Program-made: the position numbers and the translations under genes
Virus record (IMG/VR): IMGVR_UViG_3300043174_000025
Location: 1 to 40,876 of that record
Length of the DNA: 40,876 nt
Origin: a virus
Taxonomy: Duplodnaviria > Caudoviricetes
Reading direction: 5' to 3' (one strand)
Notes under the pieces: model-generated
Databases searched by the model: none
Told to the model about the DNA's origin: nothing
The model's input: only the letters and a program-made list of their open reading frames with translations
Shown here: positions 6,225 through 16,133 of the stretch, piece after piece
How the letters are laid out: each line of letters starts with the position of its first letter
Position numbering within the stretch: the first letter of the stretch is position 1

Positions 6225-7536
6225 GCTCGCGCCTGACGCGGAGCCCCTTCCGGAGGATGGTGCGCGCGTCGGCCTGCTTTTCGGCATCCGCCGGGCCTTC
6301 GCTCCCCTGCATCAGGAGCCGTGGCGCTGGGCGGTATGCGTGGCGCACCGTCGTGCCGGCAAGACGGTGGCTGCGGTGCAGCTGCTGGTGAAGCGCCTCA
6401 TCGCAGCACCCTCACGGCCGACAGCCCCTCCCCGCTTCGCCTACGTCGCCCCGACCTACGCCATGGCGCGAGACATCGCATGGCCCTATCTGGTGGCCTA
6501 CGTGCGCGATATTCCCGGCGTGGACATCCGTGTGTCGGAGCTCTCCGTAACGCTCCCACACAACTCTGGGCGCATCCGTCTATACGGATCGGAGAACTAC
6601 GATAACCTGCGCGGCGGCTACAATGACGGCATGGTCGTGGACGAGACGGGTGATCAGCCGCCCAAGGCGTGGCCTGAGGTGCTGCGCCCGACGCTGAGCG
6701 ACTATCAGGGCTGGGCGCTGTTCATCGGCACCCCGAAGGGCAACAACGCCTTCAAGGAGATGGCGGAGGCGGCGCGCAAGAACGAGACCGGCAACTGGCT
6801 CTACCTGACGCTGCCCGCATCGAAGACCGGCATCCTGCCGCCGGAGGAGCTGGCAGCTGCGCGCACGCAGATGAGCAAGAGCCAGTACGAGCAGGAATAC
6901 GAATGCTCCTTCTCCGCGGGCGTGTTCGGGGCCTATTACGCCAACCTCATAGAGCATGCGGAGCGCGAGAAGCGCATTACCTCCGTGCCATACGATCCGG
7001 CGTCGGATGTCTACGCGGCGATGGACTTGGGCATTGGCGACAGCACCTGCATCTGGGTTTACCAACAGGTCGGCAAGGAACTGCACTTCCTCACCTACAT
7101 GGAGGAGAGCGGGCGTGAGCTCGGCTACTACGTCGACTGGCTCAAGGCGCTGCCGTACCGGGTCAATCTGGTGATCCTGCCGCACGACGCCGAGGCCAAG
7201 GAGCTGCAGACCGGCAACAGTCGCGTCGAGTTCCTGCGCTCTCGCGGCGTCACCAATCAGCTGGTGCTGCCCAAGCACAAGATCGAGGACGGCATCGAGG
7301 CGGTCAGGCGTCGCTTCCCGGCCATGTGGTTCGACCACAAAACAGTGCTGGGATTGAAGGCGCTTCGCAACTATCGTGCGGACTATGACGAGAGGCGGAA
7401 GGTCTTTCTGCCGCGCCCGCGCCACGACTGGTCATCGCACGCCGCCGACGCCATGCGCTACGCGGTGATGGGCATTCAGGGTGCCAAGGTGGAGGAAGAC
7501 CGCTGGGATGACTACGAAACCGATTGGGTGCTCTGA
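6214..7536 (+). CDS. terL: Terminase large subunit
   Basis: Walker A HRRAGKT, YVAPTY, Walker B MVVDE, FIGTPKG, nuclease MDLG..D, LPHDA, HDWSSHAADAMRY. Confidence 0.97.
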   Translation: MLDELAPDAEPLPEDGARVGLLFGIRRAFAPLHQEPWRWAVCVAHRRAGKTVAAVQLLVKRLIAAPSRPTAPPRFAYVAPTYAMARDIAWPYLVAYVRDIPGVDIRVSELSVTLPHNSGRIRLYGSENYDNLRGGYNDGMVVDETGDQPPKAWPEVLRPTLSDYQGWALFIGTPKGNNAFKEMAEAARKNETGNWLYLTLPASKTGILPPEELAAARTQMSKSQYEQEYECSFSAGVFGAYYANLIEHAEREKRITSVPYDPASDVYAAMDLGIGDSTCIWVYQQVGKELHFLTYMEESGRELGYYVDWLKALPYRVNLVILPHDAEAKELQTGNSRVEFLRSRGVTNQLVLPKHKIEDGIEAVRRRFPAMWFDHKTVLGLKALRNYRADYDERRKVFLPRPRHDWSSHAADAMRYAVMGIQGAKVEEDRWDDYETDWVL

Positions 7537-9788
7537 TGGCAAAGCGTGACAGCAAGAAGCTCGGCGACGAGGAAATCAGGGCGCTGCTGTGGGAGCAGGT
7601 CGACCGCATCAGGCAGGACAACGCCAGCAAGGCTGCGACACGGGCGCTGATCCTCGAATACTATCAGGGCATGCTCAACGACCTCCCGGCCCCGCCCAAT
7701 CGCAGCGGCGTCACCTCCAATGACATCCGCGACATCGTCGGATGGATGCTGCCCGGCATCATGCGCACCTTCACCAGCTCCGGCCGCGTCGTCGACTACA
7801 TTCCGAGCGAAAACTCCGACGAGGGCACGGCCGAACAGGCCAGCGACTGGATGACCAATGCCTTCATGAGCCGCAACGAAGGCTATCGCATCATCTACGA
7901 GAGCGCCCACGACAGCCTCCTCCACGGCCAAGGCATCATCAAGTGCTGGTGGGATGAGGATGAGAGCACCGTCGACAGCGTGCATGAGGGCCTGACGGTG
8001 TCGCAGACGGCGCTGCTGCTGCGCAGGGCGAAGGACGCCGAGGTGCTGGAGGCGACCCAGTACGAGGGCGAGGGCATCGACGAGGAAACCGGCCAGCCCG
8101 GCATCGTGCCGCTGGTCGACATCAGGCTGCGCCGGCGCAAGAACAAGGGCAGGATACGCTTCGACGTCATCGCACCGGAGGACTTCGGCATCTCCGGAGA
8201 GGCGACCGATGTCCCGGAGGCGCGCCTGTGCTATCACCGCAGCTGGAAGACTCGCTCGGAGCTGCAGGAGCTCGGCTACAAGCTCGACAAGCTCTCCGGC
8301 CTTGGCACCACCCGCCTGCAGGATGATCCGGAGGCGCTGGCGCGCGAAGGGGACAGTCCGGGAGCCTACCTCGACGACGCCCCGCAGGATGCGTCGACGC
8401 TGGTCGAGGTGTATGAGTGCTACGCCAAACTCGATGTCGACGGCGATGGCATTCTGGAGCAGATTTACGCCGTGCTGGCGGGCTCGGATCGATCGGGCCA
8501 GCTGCTGTACTGGGAGGAGTGGGAGGAGGAGCAGGCACCGTTCTTCCCGATCCCGTGCGAGCCGCTGCCGCACCGCTTCGACGGCCTCTCTCTCGCCGAG
8601 CAGATCATCGACATGATGAGGTTGAAGACGCAGCTGATGCGTCAGGCGGTCGACAATTCCTACTCGCACAACAATCCGCAGCCGGTCATCGAGGAGGGCT
8701 CGATCGTCAACCGCGACAGCCTCCTCGCTCCGAAGTTCGGCCAGCCGATCGTGGTGCGCCGTGGCACCGCGCGCGACATCACGTGGAAGGAGACGCCCTC
8801 CATCCTCCCGGACATCCTCGCCATGATCGAGTACTGCGATCAGGTGATCGAGCGCCGCACCGGCGTCAGCCGCATGATGATGGCCCTCGACCCGGAGGTG
8901 CTGCAGAACCAGAGCGCCACAGCCAACCAGAACGCGCGCGACGCCTCCTACTCGAAGACCGAGCTGGTGGCGCGCAACATGGCCGAGTACGGTTTCAAGT
9001 TGCTGTTCCGCTACGCCCTCAAGCTGGCGCACAAATACGTGAAGGGCCCGGAATACCTGCGCCTGCGCGACGAGTACGTGCCGGTCGACCCGGCTTACTG
9101 GGATGCGGACATGGATGCGACGGTCAATGTCGGCTTGGGCACCGGCTCGCGCGATCGCGACGCGATGATGCTCAGCCAGATGCTCGGCACGCAGACCAAC
9201 ATGGCGATGATGCTGACCCAGACCGGCATGGGGACCAAGGCAGTCGAGTTCATCCCGAAGATCAGGGACACCGCGGTGAAGATCGCCGAGGCTGCCGGCA
9301 TCCGCAACGCCGACGCCTACTACCCGTCCTTCACCGACGAGGAGGTGGATGCGGCGAAGAAGATGGCAGCCCAGCCGCCGCAAGACCCGAAGCTGCAGAT
9401 CGAGCAGCAGAAGCTGCAGATGGAGGTGCAGATCAAGGCTGCCGACCTGCGCATCAAGCAGCTGGAGGTCTACGAGAAGACCCGCCAGAAGGAAAGCGAG
9501 CTGATGATCGAGCGCATGAAGGCGCGCATGGAGATCGAGGCGAAGCGCCAGATCGAGGGCCAGAAGCTCGTGGCCGACATCGCCAAGGAGAAGGCGCAGA
9601 TGTCCGCCGACATTGCCGTCCAGCGCGACAAGCTCCAGAACGACATCGTCCTCAAGCGCGAGGAGATGGCGATGAAGGAGCGCCTCGAACGCGAGAAGAT
9701 CGCCAAGGCCGCCGAGATGAGGCGCACCATGAAGGTCAAGCGCGGCAAGGACGGCAAGGCGGAGAGCATCGAGATGGGTGGGGTTTAA
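7536..9788 (+). CDS. Portal protein (P22-like, long C-terminal coiled-coil barrel)
   Basis: Follows TerL; LEYYQG, acidic body, D..VNVGLGTG motif, Q/K/E-rich C-terminal coil. Confidence 0.93.
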   Translation: MAKRDSKKLGDEEIRALLWEQVDRIRQDNASKAATRALILEYYQGMLNDLPAPPNRSGVTSNDIRDIVGWMLPGIMRTFTSSGRVVDYIPSENSDEGTAEQASDWMTNAFMSRNEGYRIIYESAHDSLLHGQGIIKCWWDEDESTVDSVHEGLTVSQTALLLRRAKDAEVLEATQYEGEGIDEETGQPGIVPLVDIRLRRRKNKGRIRFDVIAPEDFGISGEATDVPEARLCYHRSWKTRSELQELGYKLDKLSGLGTTRLQDDPEALAREGDSPGAYLDDAPQDASTLVEVYECYAKLDVDGDGILEQIYAVLAGSDRSGQLLYWEEWEEEQAPFFPIPCEPLPHRFDGLSLAEQIIDMMRLKTQLMRQAVDNSYSHNNPQPVIEEGSIVNRDSLLAPKFGQPIVVRRGTARDITWKETPSILPDILAMIEYCDQVIERRTGVSRMMMALDPEVLQNQSATANQNARDASYSKTELVARNMAEYGFKLLFRYALKLAHKYVKGPEYLRLRDEYVPVDPAYWDADMDATVNVGLGTGSRDRDAMMLSQMLGTQTNMAMMLTQTGMGTKAVEFIPKIRDTAVKIAEAAGIRNADAYYPSFTDEEVDAAKKMAAQPPQDPKLQIEQQKLQMEVQIKAADLRIKQLEVYEKTRQKESELMIERMKARMEIEAKRQIEGQKLVADIAKEKAQMSADIAVQRDKLQNDIVLKREEMAMKERLEREKIAKAAEMRRTMKVKRGKDGKAESIEMGGV

Positions 9789-9849
9789 ACAGAAGTTTCG
9801 ATGAACCCCGTTGCGTGGTACCTGAAATCACAGCTCTAAGGAGGCATCC

Positions 9850-10230
9850 ATGGCAGGCGAATACATCAACGACAGCGTCTTCGACAGCGGCCTGTCCTAT
9901 GCGGACACCAACGGCACGCGCATCGACATCCTCAGCCAAGCGGTCACCACCTACGGCGACCGCGGCACCTACACGCTGGGCAACAAGACCGGCCTCAACA
10001 CCGGCGCTCCGGCGAATGCTGCCACCGGCACCGGGCGCAGGGTAACCGTCCCGGCTATCACCGACGGTTCCGTCACCGGCACCGGCACGGCAACGCACTG
10101 GGCGCTGTCGGACAACTCCTCGGTGCTGATTGCGTGCGGTCCGCTGAGCGCGTCGCAGGCGGTGACGAGCGGCAACACCTTCACGCTCGACGCTATCGAC
10201 ATCATCATCCGCGACGCCACGGTCACCTAA
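9850..10230 (+). CDS. Virion structural protein (putative fibre/spike base)
   Basis: T/G-rich beta protein, GTATHWAL...LSASQAVTSGNTFTL; SD TAAGGAGG; precedes repetitive fibre gene. Confidence 0.65.
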   Translation: MAGEYINDSVFDSGLSYADTNGTRIDILSQAVTTYGDRGTYTLGNKTGLNTGAPANAATGTGRRVTVPAITDGSVTGTGTATHWALSDNSSVLIACGPLSASQAVTSGNTFTLDAIDIIIRDATVT

Positions 10231-10255
10231 CCCGCCTAGCCCGGAGGGCTGATCC

Positions 10256-12019
10256 GTGGCTATTCAGTACGTTGGCGGCAAGGTTGTTGTCCGCGCCGGA
10301 AACACCACCACCACGACGACGGCGCTCAACAGCGGCCTGACTGGTGGTATTGCCTCAGGTGTGTCTGCAGGCGATCTTGTCATCGCAGTGAATGTGGTGG
10401 CGAGCAATTCCGACATCTCCGCGTCGGTGAGCGGCTACACCGTCATCGGTTCCGAGCAGTACATCAACGGCACCTACGACACCAATCTGTGGGTCGGCTA
10501 CAAGTTCATGCCGACCACCCCGGACACGGCGGTCACGATCCCGTCCGCCGGTAGCATCGATAATGCGCAAGGCTTTATCGTCATGGTCTTCAGGGGTGTT
10601 GATCCGTCAACGCCTCTGGGTGGCGTCACCCCGGTTTTTTCCAGCAAAACAACCTCCCTTCTGGTTGATCCTCCTTCGATCACCCCGACGATTGCCGGCT
10701 CCTTCGTCGTCGCCGTCGGCGGAGCCGCAACGACTGGAGGTTCCGACACTTTCGCATCATCCGACCTGACCGACTTCCTGACCAACGGTCAGGGAGATAC
10801 CTACGACGTCGTCATCGGTGCAGGCCACAAGGACAACTGGACATCCGGCGCATTCAATCCTGCGCAGTGGACATGCACGCAGGGCGACAACCTCAATTAC
10901 ACCTGCATCGGCGGCACCTTCGTTCTTTCGCCGCCGGTTACGAGAACCCTGACGGCAAACGACGTCGAGAGCGCCTCCGAGATGGGCACGAAGCCCGCCC
11001 TCGGCGTGATCCGCAACCTGACCGCCACCGACGTCGCCAGCCTGTCCGAGCTGACCAAGCCAGTCGTAGGGCAGGTGCAGGTGATCACGGCGAATGATGT
11101 CGCCAGCGCCTCCGAGTTGGGCACGAAGCCCGCCCTCGGCGTGATCCGCAACCTGACCGCCACCGACGTCGCCAGCGCCTCCGAGTTGTCAAATCCTGCC
11201 GCCACGCAGGTGGTCGGTGCGGTAAACCTGACGGCGAATGACGTCTCCTCATCCAGCGAGCTGACCAAGCCCGTTCTCAGGCAGGGGCATGCGCTCACGG
11301 CCAATGACGTGGCCAGCGCTTCCGAGGTCAAGACGGCGACGCTTGGCGTCAAGAGCAACCTGACGGCTGTTGACGTCGAAAGTGCCAGCGAGCTCAGCAA
11401 GCCGGTCATCCACCAGAGGCACACCCTCGACGCCACGAATGTGGAGAGCGCCAGCGAGCTGAAGAAGCCAGCGCTGGTGCAGAATGTGGCCGGCGCGGAC
11501 AACCTGTTCTCGCGCGATGTCGAGAGCAATTCCGAGCTGACCAAGCCGCAGATCGCGCAGAAGCACGCCGTCACCGCCAGCGACGTCGAGAGTGCATCCG
11601 AGCTCAGCAAGCCGTCGACCGGCCAGCCCAGCACGCGCGTCTCCAAGGGCGGCATCAGGATGCGCGGCCGCGAGATCGGCGATCGCGAGGAGCGCCATTC
11701 GCACCGCGGCGTGCTGAAGCTGATCCGCTCGATCCTCAAGCCTGATCCGAAGCGCCAGCGCCAGCCTTCCCCGGCGCAAATAGAGGCTGCGGCGCAGGCG
11801 GTCATCGACTATCCTGAGGACATCGACTTCGAGGCCCTGTCTCGCGACATCGCCAAGATGGTCGAGGGAGTGCAGGTCGCCCTCAGCCGCACAGAGCTCG
11901 CGCACCGCATGCTCGAAGTGGCGGAGCTGCAGGCGGAGATGGACGAGGATGACGAAGAGGTCATCATGATGCTGGCCGATCTGGAGATCGACAGCCTCTT
12001 CAACATAGAGGGATTGTGA
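10256..12019 (+). CDS. Putative head fibre with ten 22-26-aa repeats
   Basis: N-terminal T/S/G beta domain, repeats LTAxDVxSASELxKP, acidic-hydrophobic C-terminus DEDDEEVIMML. Confidence 0.65.
   Translation: MAIQYVGGKVVVRAGNTTTTTTALNSGLTGGIASGVSAGDLVIAVNVVASNSDISASVSGYTVIGSEQYINGTYDTNLWVGYKFMPTTPDTAVTIPSAGSIDNAQGFIVMVFRGVDPSTPLGGVTPVFSSKTTSLLVDPPSITPTIAGSFVVAVGGAATTGGSDTFASSDLTDFLTNGQGDTYDVVIGAGHKDNWTSGAFNPAQWTCTQGDNLNYTCIGGTFVLSPPVTRTLTANDVESASEMGTKPALGVIRNLTATDVASLSELTKPVVGQVQVITANDVASASELGTKPALGVIRNLTATDVASASELSNPAATQVVGAVNLTANDVSSSSELTKPVLRQGHALTANDVASASEVKTATLGVKSNLTAVDVESASELSKPVIHQRHTLDATNVESASELKKPALVQNVAGADNLFSRDVESNSELTKPQIAQKHAVTASDVESASELSKPSTGQPSTRVSKGGIRMRGREIGDREERHSHRGVLKLIRSILKPDPKRQRQPSPAQIEAAAQAVIDYPEDIDFEALSRDIAKMVEGVQVALSRTELAHRMLEVAELQAEMDEDDEEVIMMLADLEIDSLFNIEGL
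10983..11176 (+). repeat. Exact 59-bp direct repeat (10983-11041 and 11118-11176) within the fibre repeats
   Basis: TGGGCACGAAGCCCGCCCTCGGCGTGATCCGCAACCTGACCGCCACCGACGTCGCCAGC twice, 135 bp apart. Confidence 0.9.
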
Positions 12020-12020
12020 G

Positions 12021-12278
12021 ATGAAAGTTGAAACTGGCTCGATCACCGGCACGGGTATCGTCAGCGCTTCGGAGATGGTGTGTAACCGCGTCGCCGTCAG
12101 CCTCGACTTCGGTACCGGCACGGTCGCACTCGAATGGTGCGTCAACGGCACCGACTGGAAGGTCTACAAGTCCTACACCGCGGACGCCAACGAGGTGATC
12201 ACCTTCGGCCTCCCTGTGCCGATCCGTCTAAACTGCTCCGCATACACGGCCCCGATTGCTTGGGCACTGAGGGCCTGA
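12021..12278 (+). CDS. Small beta-rich putative structural protein
   Basis: 85 aa, alternating beta pattern, GTVALEW..NGTDW. Confidence 0.6.
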   Translation: MKVETGSITGTGIVSASEMVCNRVAVSLDFGTGTVALEWCVNGTDWKVYKSYTADANEVITFGLPVPIRLNCSAYTAPIAWALRA

Positions 12279-12285
12279 GGCACCG

Positions 12286-15200
12286 ATGCCCGACCCGTGG
12301 GAAAGTGCGCTGCTGAACGCCCTCCTCGATCCTTACGGAATGAGGGGGGCTCAGTCTGTTCCGACGCCGCAGGCGGACAGCGACGATCCGCTGCTTGACG
12401 TCCAGATGCCGGAGCCTCCGCAGGCAAAGCGCCGGCGCAAGCAGAACGATGGACTGATCCCGGCCCCTTATTACTTGGGTCAGGCACCGTCCGGACCGGC
12501 CATGATCAATGCGCCATACCGCCCCGTTCAGGCCAACACGGGTGGCCCGGCATTAACGCCGGCTGACCAGAATGCTGGAACACCTCTCAGCTTCTCCGGC
12601 GTCATGGGCGTGCTTGGGGAGAAGCTGCCGCAGTACTTCGGCTATGAGCCGTTCGGCAGCGAGGGCCATATTGGGCGCGTAAAGAGCGCATTCACCTTGC
12701 CATTCCGCATGGCCAAGGGGATGTATGACAGCATGGTTGGCGACCACAGCTTCATCAACCAGCACATGCGTCAGGAGCTCGCATATCAGCTGCGCGGCGA
12801 CGAGACCATCATGGATAACGGAGACGTTTTCCGCGATGGCAAATTCATCGGCAACATGATGGAGGATCAGGCTGACTTCGAGAAGTCGGTTCTCAGCGCC
12901 GCAACGGACATCGAGACGGGCAATATCGGCTATGGAGCAGCCACAGGCGCTGCCACTGACCCAACCGTGGTTCGGAGCCTCGGCGGCCCGACCGCGAAGA
13001 AGGCGAACCTCTCCGCTCTGGAGCAGGCGCAGAAGATGTTCGACGAGGGCGCGGAGATGGACGACATCTTCGCCCAGACCCATTGGTGGAATGTCGGTCC
13101 GGACAACAAGTGGGCGTTCGAGATCGACGACAGCGCAGCCAAGCCGACACAGCGCACGCTCGACATGTTCGAGCAGGCAAGGCGAACCGGCAGGCCGGTG
13201 AGCGCCGTCGGTACTAATGAGGACTTCTACTCGCATCCGGAGCTGTACGAAAACTACCCGACGATCGCGAAGGGGCAGCACACCGCCACGGCAAACCCGA
13301 TGCTGGCGGATAACGAGCGCGGCATCGCCGGCTCCTTCAATCCCGACGACGGCCGGACCTATGTCGAGGCCGGCACGCCAGAGCGCGGCCTGCAGGGCTT
13401 CCTGCATGAGGCTGGCGGCCACAATGCGATGCACCTTGAAGGTCGCGCCTCCGGTGGCAATCGTGCGATGTTCGCCAGCTACACGCCGGCTGCGCGGCGC
13501 GAGATCGCCATATTCCACCACAAACTGCTCAACAGCCTCTTCGAGCAGCAGGTCAGGGGCAAGCCGATGCCGGTTCCTTACCGCAAGGTGTGGCAGCAAA
13601 TGGGCGCACCCACCTATGACGAGCTGTTGCCTCAGGTCAATTTCTGGAGCCGGATGGCGAAGCAGGGCGATCTGGCCGAGTACGTCATGAGCAACTCCCC
13701 GGAGTACAAATACAAGCCGCCGCACGCCATCGCCGAGGACGCCGATCGCGCCGCCGCCAATGCCATGTACGACTATTTCGAGTTCGGCGAGGAGAACGCG
13801 CGCAACGTCGAGCGCCGCATGCGGCTGACGCCGCAGGAGCGCGCCGCGGACGCCTTCTACAACACCTTCCAAACGCCCCCAGATAAGCAGGTCATGGTCC
13901 CGCCGCGGTACGGATACGGTTACGGCGGCGGGTCTCCGCTGCCGCGCAATTATCGCCAGCTGCGCATGGAGCCGCAGTCGCTGCAGCCGACGCCGCGCCG
14001 GGTGAACGCCAAGGGCGACATCGCCGGAGCACCTCCCGGCATTCGCACCGAGGCTGATGTCGATGCTCTGGCTGAGAAGCTCCTTGCGGATGCTACGACG
14101 CCTGAGGGCGAAGCAGGACGCGGCTTCTACAAGGGCTTCGGAGACAGTATCGCGGCGCGCATCGACGATGCGGAGACGGCTCGCAGCTACACCACCGCCT
14201 ATGGCCTCACCAGCAACCTCGCCCCAGTGACGGACAACGTCGGCTATGCCAACACGGCGCTCAATCAGCGCAACATGGGAATGCCGGTAGAGGCTGGCCG
14301 CTTCCCGAACCAGTCAGGCCCACAGATCGCTCAGGCCTTCGATGAGGGACGCCTTCCGGATAGCCACAAGGCTGGTCGCTTCGCACACCACCTCCTTCCA
14401 GAGCAATTCCAGAGGGCGACCGATGAGGCAGGCCCCGTACTGGACGAGCACATGGGTACAGCCTTCGGATACCCGCAGAACAAGCAGGGTGCCTTCCGCT
14501 TCTCAGAGAGCCAGACGCGCTTCGGCGATGAGGTGATGGACAGGACGATCCAGAAGGGCCGCGCACGCGGCGTTCCAGACTTCAACGAGGCGACAGCTCA
14601 GGAGATGATCTGGGGCAATGAGCGCGCCAAGAAGGGCCTCCCCGGCTATCCATCCCCTGAGGAGATCATGGAGCAGAACAGCTCCTTCACGCAGGTCGAG
14701 GCGATGCCGGGAGCCACCACTGGCGTCAGCCAGAAGCTCAAGGACTTGCCGATGGCTGAGCGCGAGACGATCACCAGCGAGATGCTCGACGCGGCTGGCG
14801 ACAGCAACATGGCGCGCATCTTCGGCACGATGACCAAGAAGGGTGAGCCGGGTTACAGCTGGTTCGACGGAGGCGTCAATCCGAACCGCATGTACCAGAT
14901 GTCCACCGGCACGGTTGGCTCTGGCGCAGACAAGGTGATCGATCCCGCCTCGAAGAAGGCTGCGGACATCGCTCGTCATACCATGCAGCTCGTACTCGGA
15001 CAGGACGGCTCAGGCCTCACCACGCCGCGCCCGATCACCAGCGGCATGTCGAAGGGCAAGGCAGACATCGTCTACTTCGAGATGGGCAAGCGCCTGAAGG
15101 GCAAGGGTGCGCACGGCAGGCTCATGAAGGCTCTGGAGGAGGAGCTGGGGCCGCAGTGGGGCAACGGCACCTTCCAAATGCCCTACAAGAACGGCCTCAT

Positions 15201-15609
15201 CCTGAAGAACATCTCCGGCGTGCCGAACAAGGAGTTTCAGGCGGCGATGAAGCGCGTTCACGACAAGGTCGGCGGGCGTGGCCTGCAGCTGATGATCGAT
15301 GCCGGCGGCGACTATACCGGCATCGACTGGTCGAAGGGCGACTACAAGAAGCTGCTGGCGGAGTTCGACACGCCGGAGCTGCGCAAGGTCTTCGACGAGA
15401 AGGTGACCAAGCAGCTCGGCGCGGCGCAGTCGAAGTGGGAGGAGATCGCCAAGCGCTACGGCATCGAGACCAGCAGCGTCCTCGACAAGGTGCGGCGCAT
15501 CGGCTCTCGCGGCGGCATGAGCGCTCTGGAGCAGGCGGTGAAGGATGGCCTCATCCCGGCCGGTGCGATCGCCTTCGTGCTGTCGATGATGCGCGACGAC
15601 GAGGCCTAG
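12286..15609 (+). CDS. Large polyvalent protein (LPD23-like + zincin metallopeptidase-like + C-terminal helical domain)
   Basis: AQKMFDEG..MDDIFAQTHWWNVGPDNKWAFEIDDSAA; LHEAGGHNAMHLEGRASGGN; GEENARNVERRMRLTPQER. Confidence 0.75.
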   Translation: MPDPWESALLNALLDPYGMRGAQSVPTPQADSDDPLLDVQMPEPPQAKRRRKQNDGLIPAPYYLGQAPSGPAMINAPYRPVQANTGGPALTPADQNAGTPLSFSGVMGVLGEKLPQYFGYEPFGSEGHIGRVKSAFTLPFRMAKGMYDSMVGDHSFINQHMRQELAYQLRGDETIMDNGDVFRDGKFIGNMMEDQADFEKSVLSAATDIETGNIGYGAATGAATDPTVVRSLGGPTAKKANLSALEQAQKMFDEGAEMDDIFAQTHWWNVGPDNKWAFEIDDSAAKPTQRTLDMFEQARRTGRPVSAVGTNEDFYSHPELYENYPTIAKGQHTATANPMLADNERGIAGSFNPDDGRTYVEAGTPERGLQGFLHEAGGHNAMHLEGRASGGNRAMFASYTPAARREIAIFHHKLLNSLFEQQVRGKPMPVPYRKVWQQMGAPTYDELLPQVNFWSRMAKQGDLAEYVMSNSPEYKYKPPHAIAEDADRAAANAMYDYFEFGEENARNVERRMRLTPQERAADAFYNTFQTPPDKQVMVPPRYGYGYGGGSPLPRNYRQLRMEPQSLQPTPRRVNAKGDIAGAPPGIRTEADVDALAEKLLADATTPEGEAGRGFYKGFGDSIAARIDDAETARSYTTAYGLTSNLAPVTDNVGYANTALNQRNMGMPVEAGRFPNQSGPQIAQAFDEGRLPDSHKAGRFAHHLLPEQFQRATDEAGPVLDEHMGTAFGYPQNKQGAFRFSESQTRFGDEVMDRTIQKGRARGVPDFNEATAQEMIWGNERAKKGLPGYPSPEEIMEQNSSFTQVEAMPGATTGVSQKLKDLPMAERETITSEMLDAAGDSNMARIFGTMTKKGEPGYSWFDGGVNPNRMYQMSTGTVGSGADKVIDPASKKAADIARHTMQLVLGQDGSGLTTPRPITSGMSKGKADIVYFEMGKRLKGKGAHGRLMKALEEELGPQWGNGTFQMPYKNGLILKNISGVPNKEFQAAMKRVHDKVGGRGLQLMIDAGGDYTGIDWSKGDYKKLLAEFDTPELRKVFDEKVTKQLGAAQSKWEEIAKRYGIETSSVLDKVRRIGSRGGMSALEQAVKDGLIPAGAIAFVLSMMRDDEA

Positions 15610-15821
15610 TTGATCGTCCCTTCGGGGAAGTAGAAGCGCATCGCGTATTCGCTCTGGCTCATGCCCGTCAGCGCCTTGCGCAGCGCAGCCGGCTTCATCC
15701 CCCACATGTATTTCTCACCGTGGTCGCACCAGACGCAACGATAGTCGCGGCAGCCAGACAGGGCTATCGACACCGTCGGCAGCTGCTTGACCTTGATCTT
15801 GATGGTTCGCTTCTCGTCCAT
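15606..15821 (-). CDS. Small Cys-containing protein, convergent with the polyvalent protein
   Basis: MDEKRTIKIKVKQLP...CRDYRCVWCDHG...; fills the gap exactly, stop overlaps 15609. Confidence 0.55.
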   Translation of the reverse strand: MDEKRTIKIKVKQLPTVSIALSGCRDYRCVWCDHGEKYMWGMKPAALRKALTGMSQSEYAMRFYFPEGTIN

Positions 15822-15899
15822 GTCTGTGCATAACAGATAGTGCTTGCGGTGCCACTTCTTCCCTACGAGAATGCACACAATTCAGAGGAAAGATTTTGC

Positions 15900-16133
15900 A
15901 TGAGCGAAATTCGACGGGAACATCTGGCGAAAGAGGCAGGATACCTTCTCTCCAACGATGTTCTCCTCCACGCTCTGGCCGAGCTGCGCGCCGAGGCGCT
16001 TGAGGACTTGGCACTGAGCGTTGACGCAGCCGACACTACCACGGTGATCCGTGGTCAGCAGACGGTTCGCGTCATTGACAGTTTTCTGGCGCGTCTGCAG
16101 GGGTACATCCTCGACAGGCCGGCAGAAGAATAG
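15900..16133 (+). CDS. Small helical head-assembly-region protein
   Basis: MSEIRREHLAKEAGYLLSNDVLLHAL...; typical small gene before the scaffold. Confidence 0.75.
   Translation: MSEIRREHLAKEAGYLLSNDVLLHALAELRAEALEDLALSVDAADTTTVIRGQQTVRVIDSFLARLQGYILDRPAEE

Noticed and set aside
7512-9383. 623-aa minus-strand ORF (and 8417..10045 alternative plus frame) over the portal
   Set aside because: Shadow ORFs expected from high-GC codon bias; no motifs; the portal frame explains the region
10940-11620. CRISPR-like array
   Set aside because: Repeats are degenerate, in-frame protein repeats without unique spacers; no cas genes
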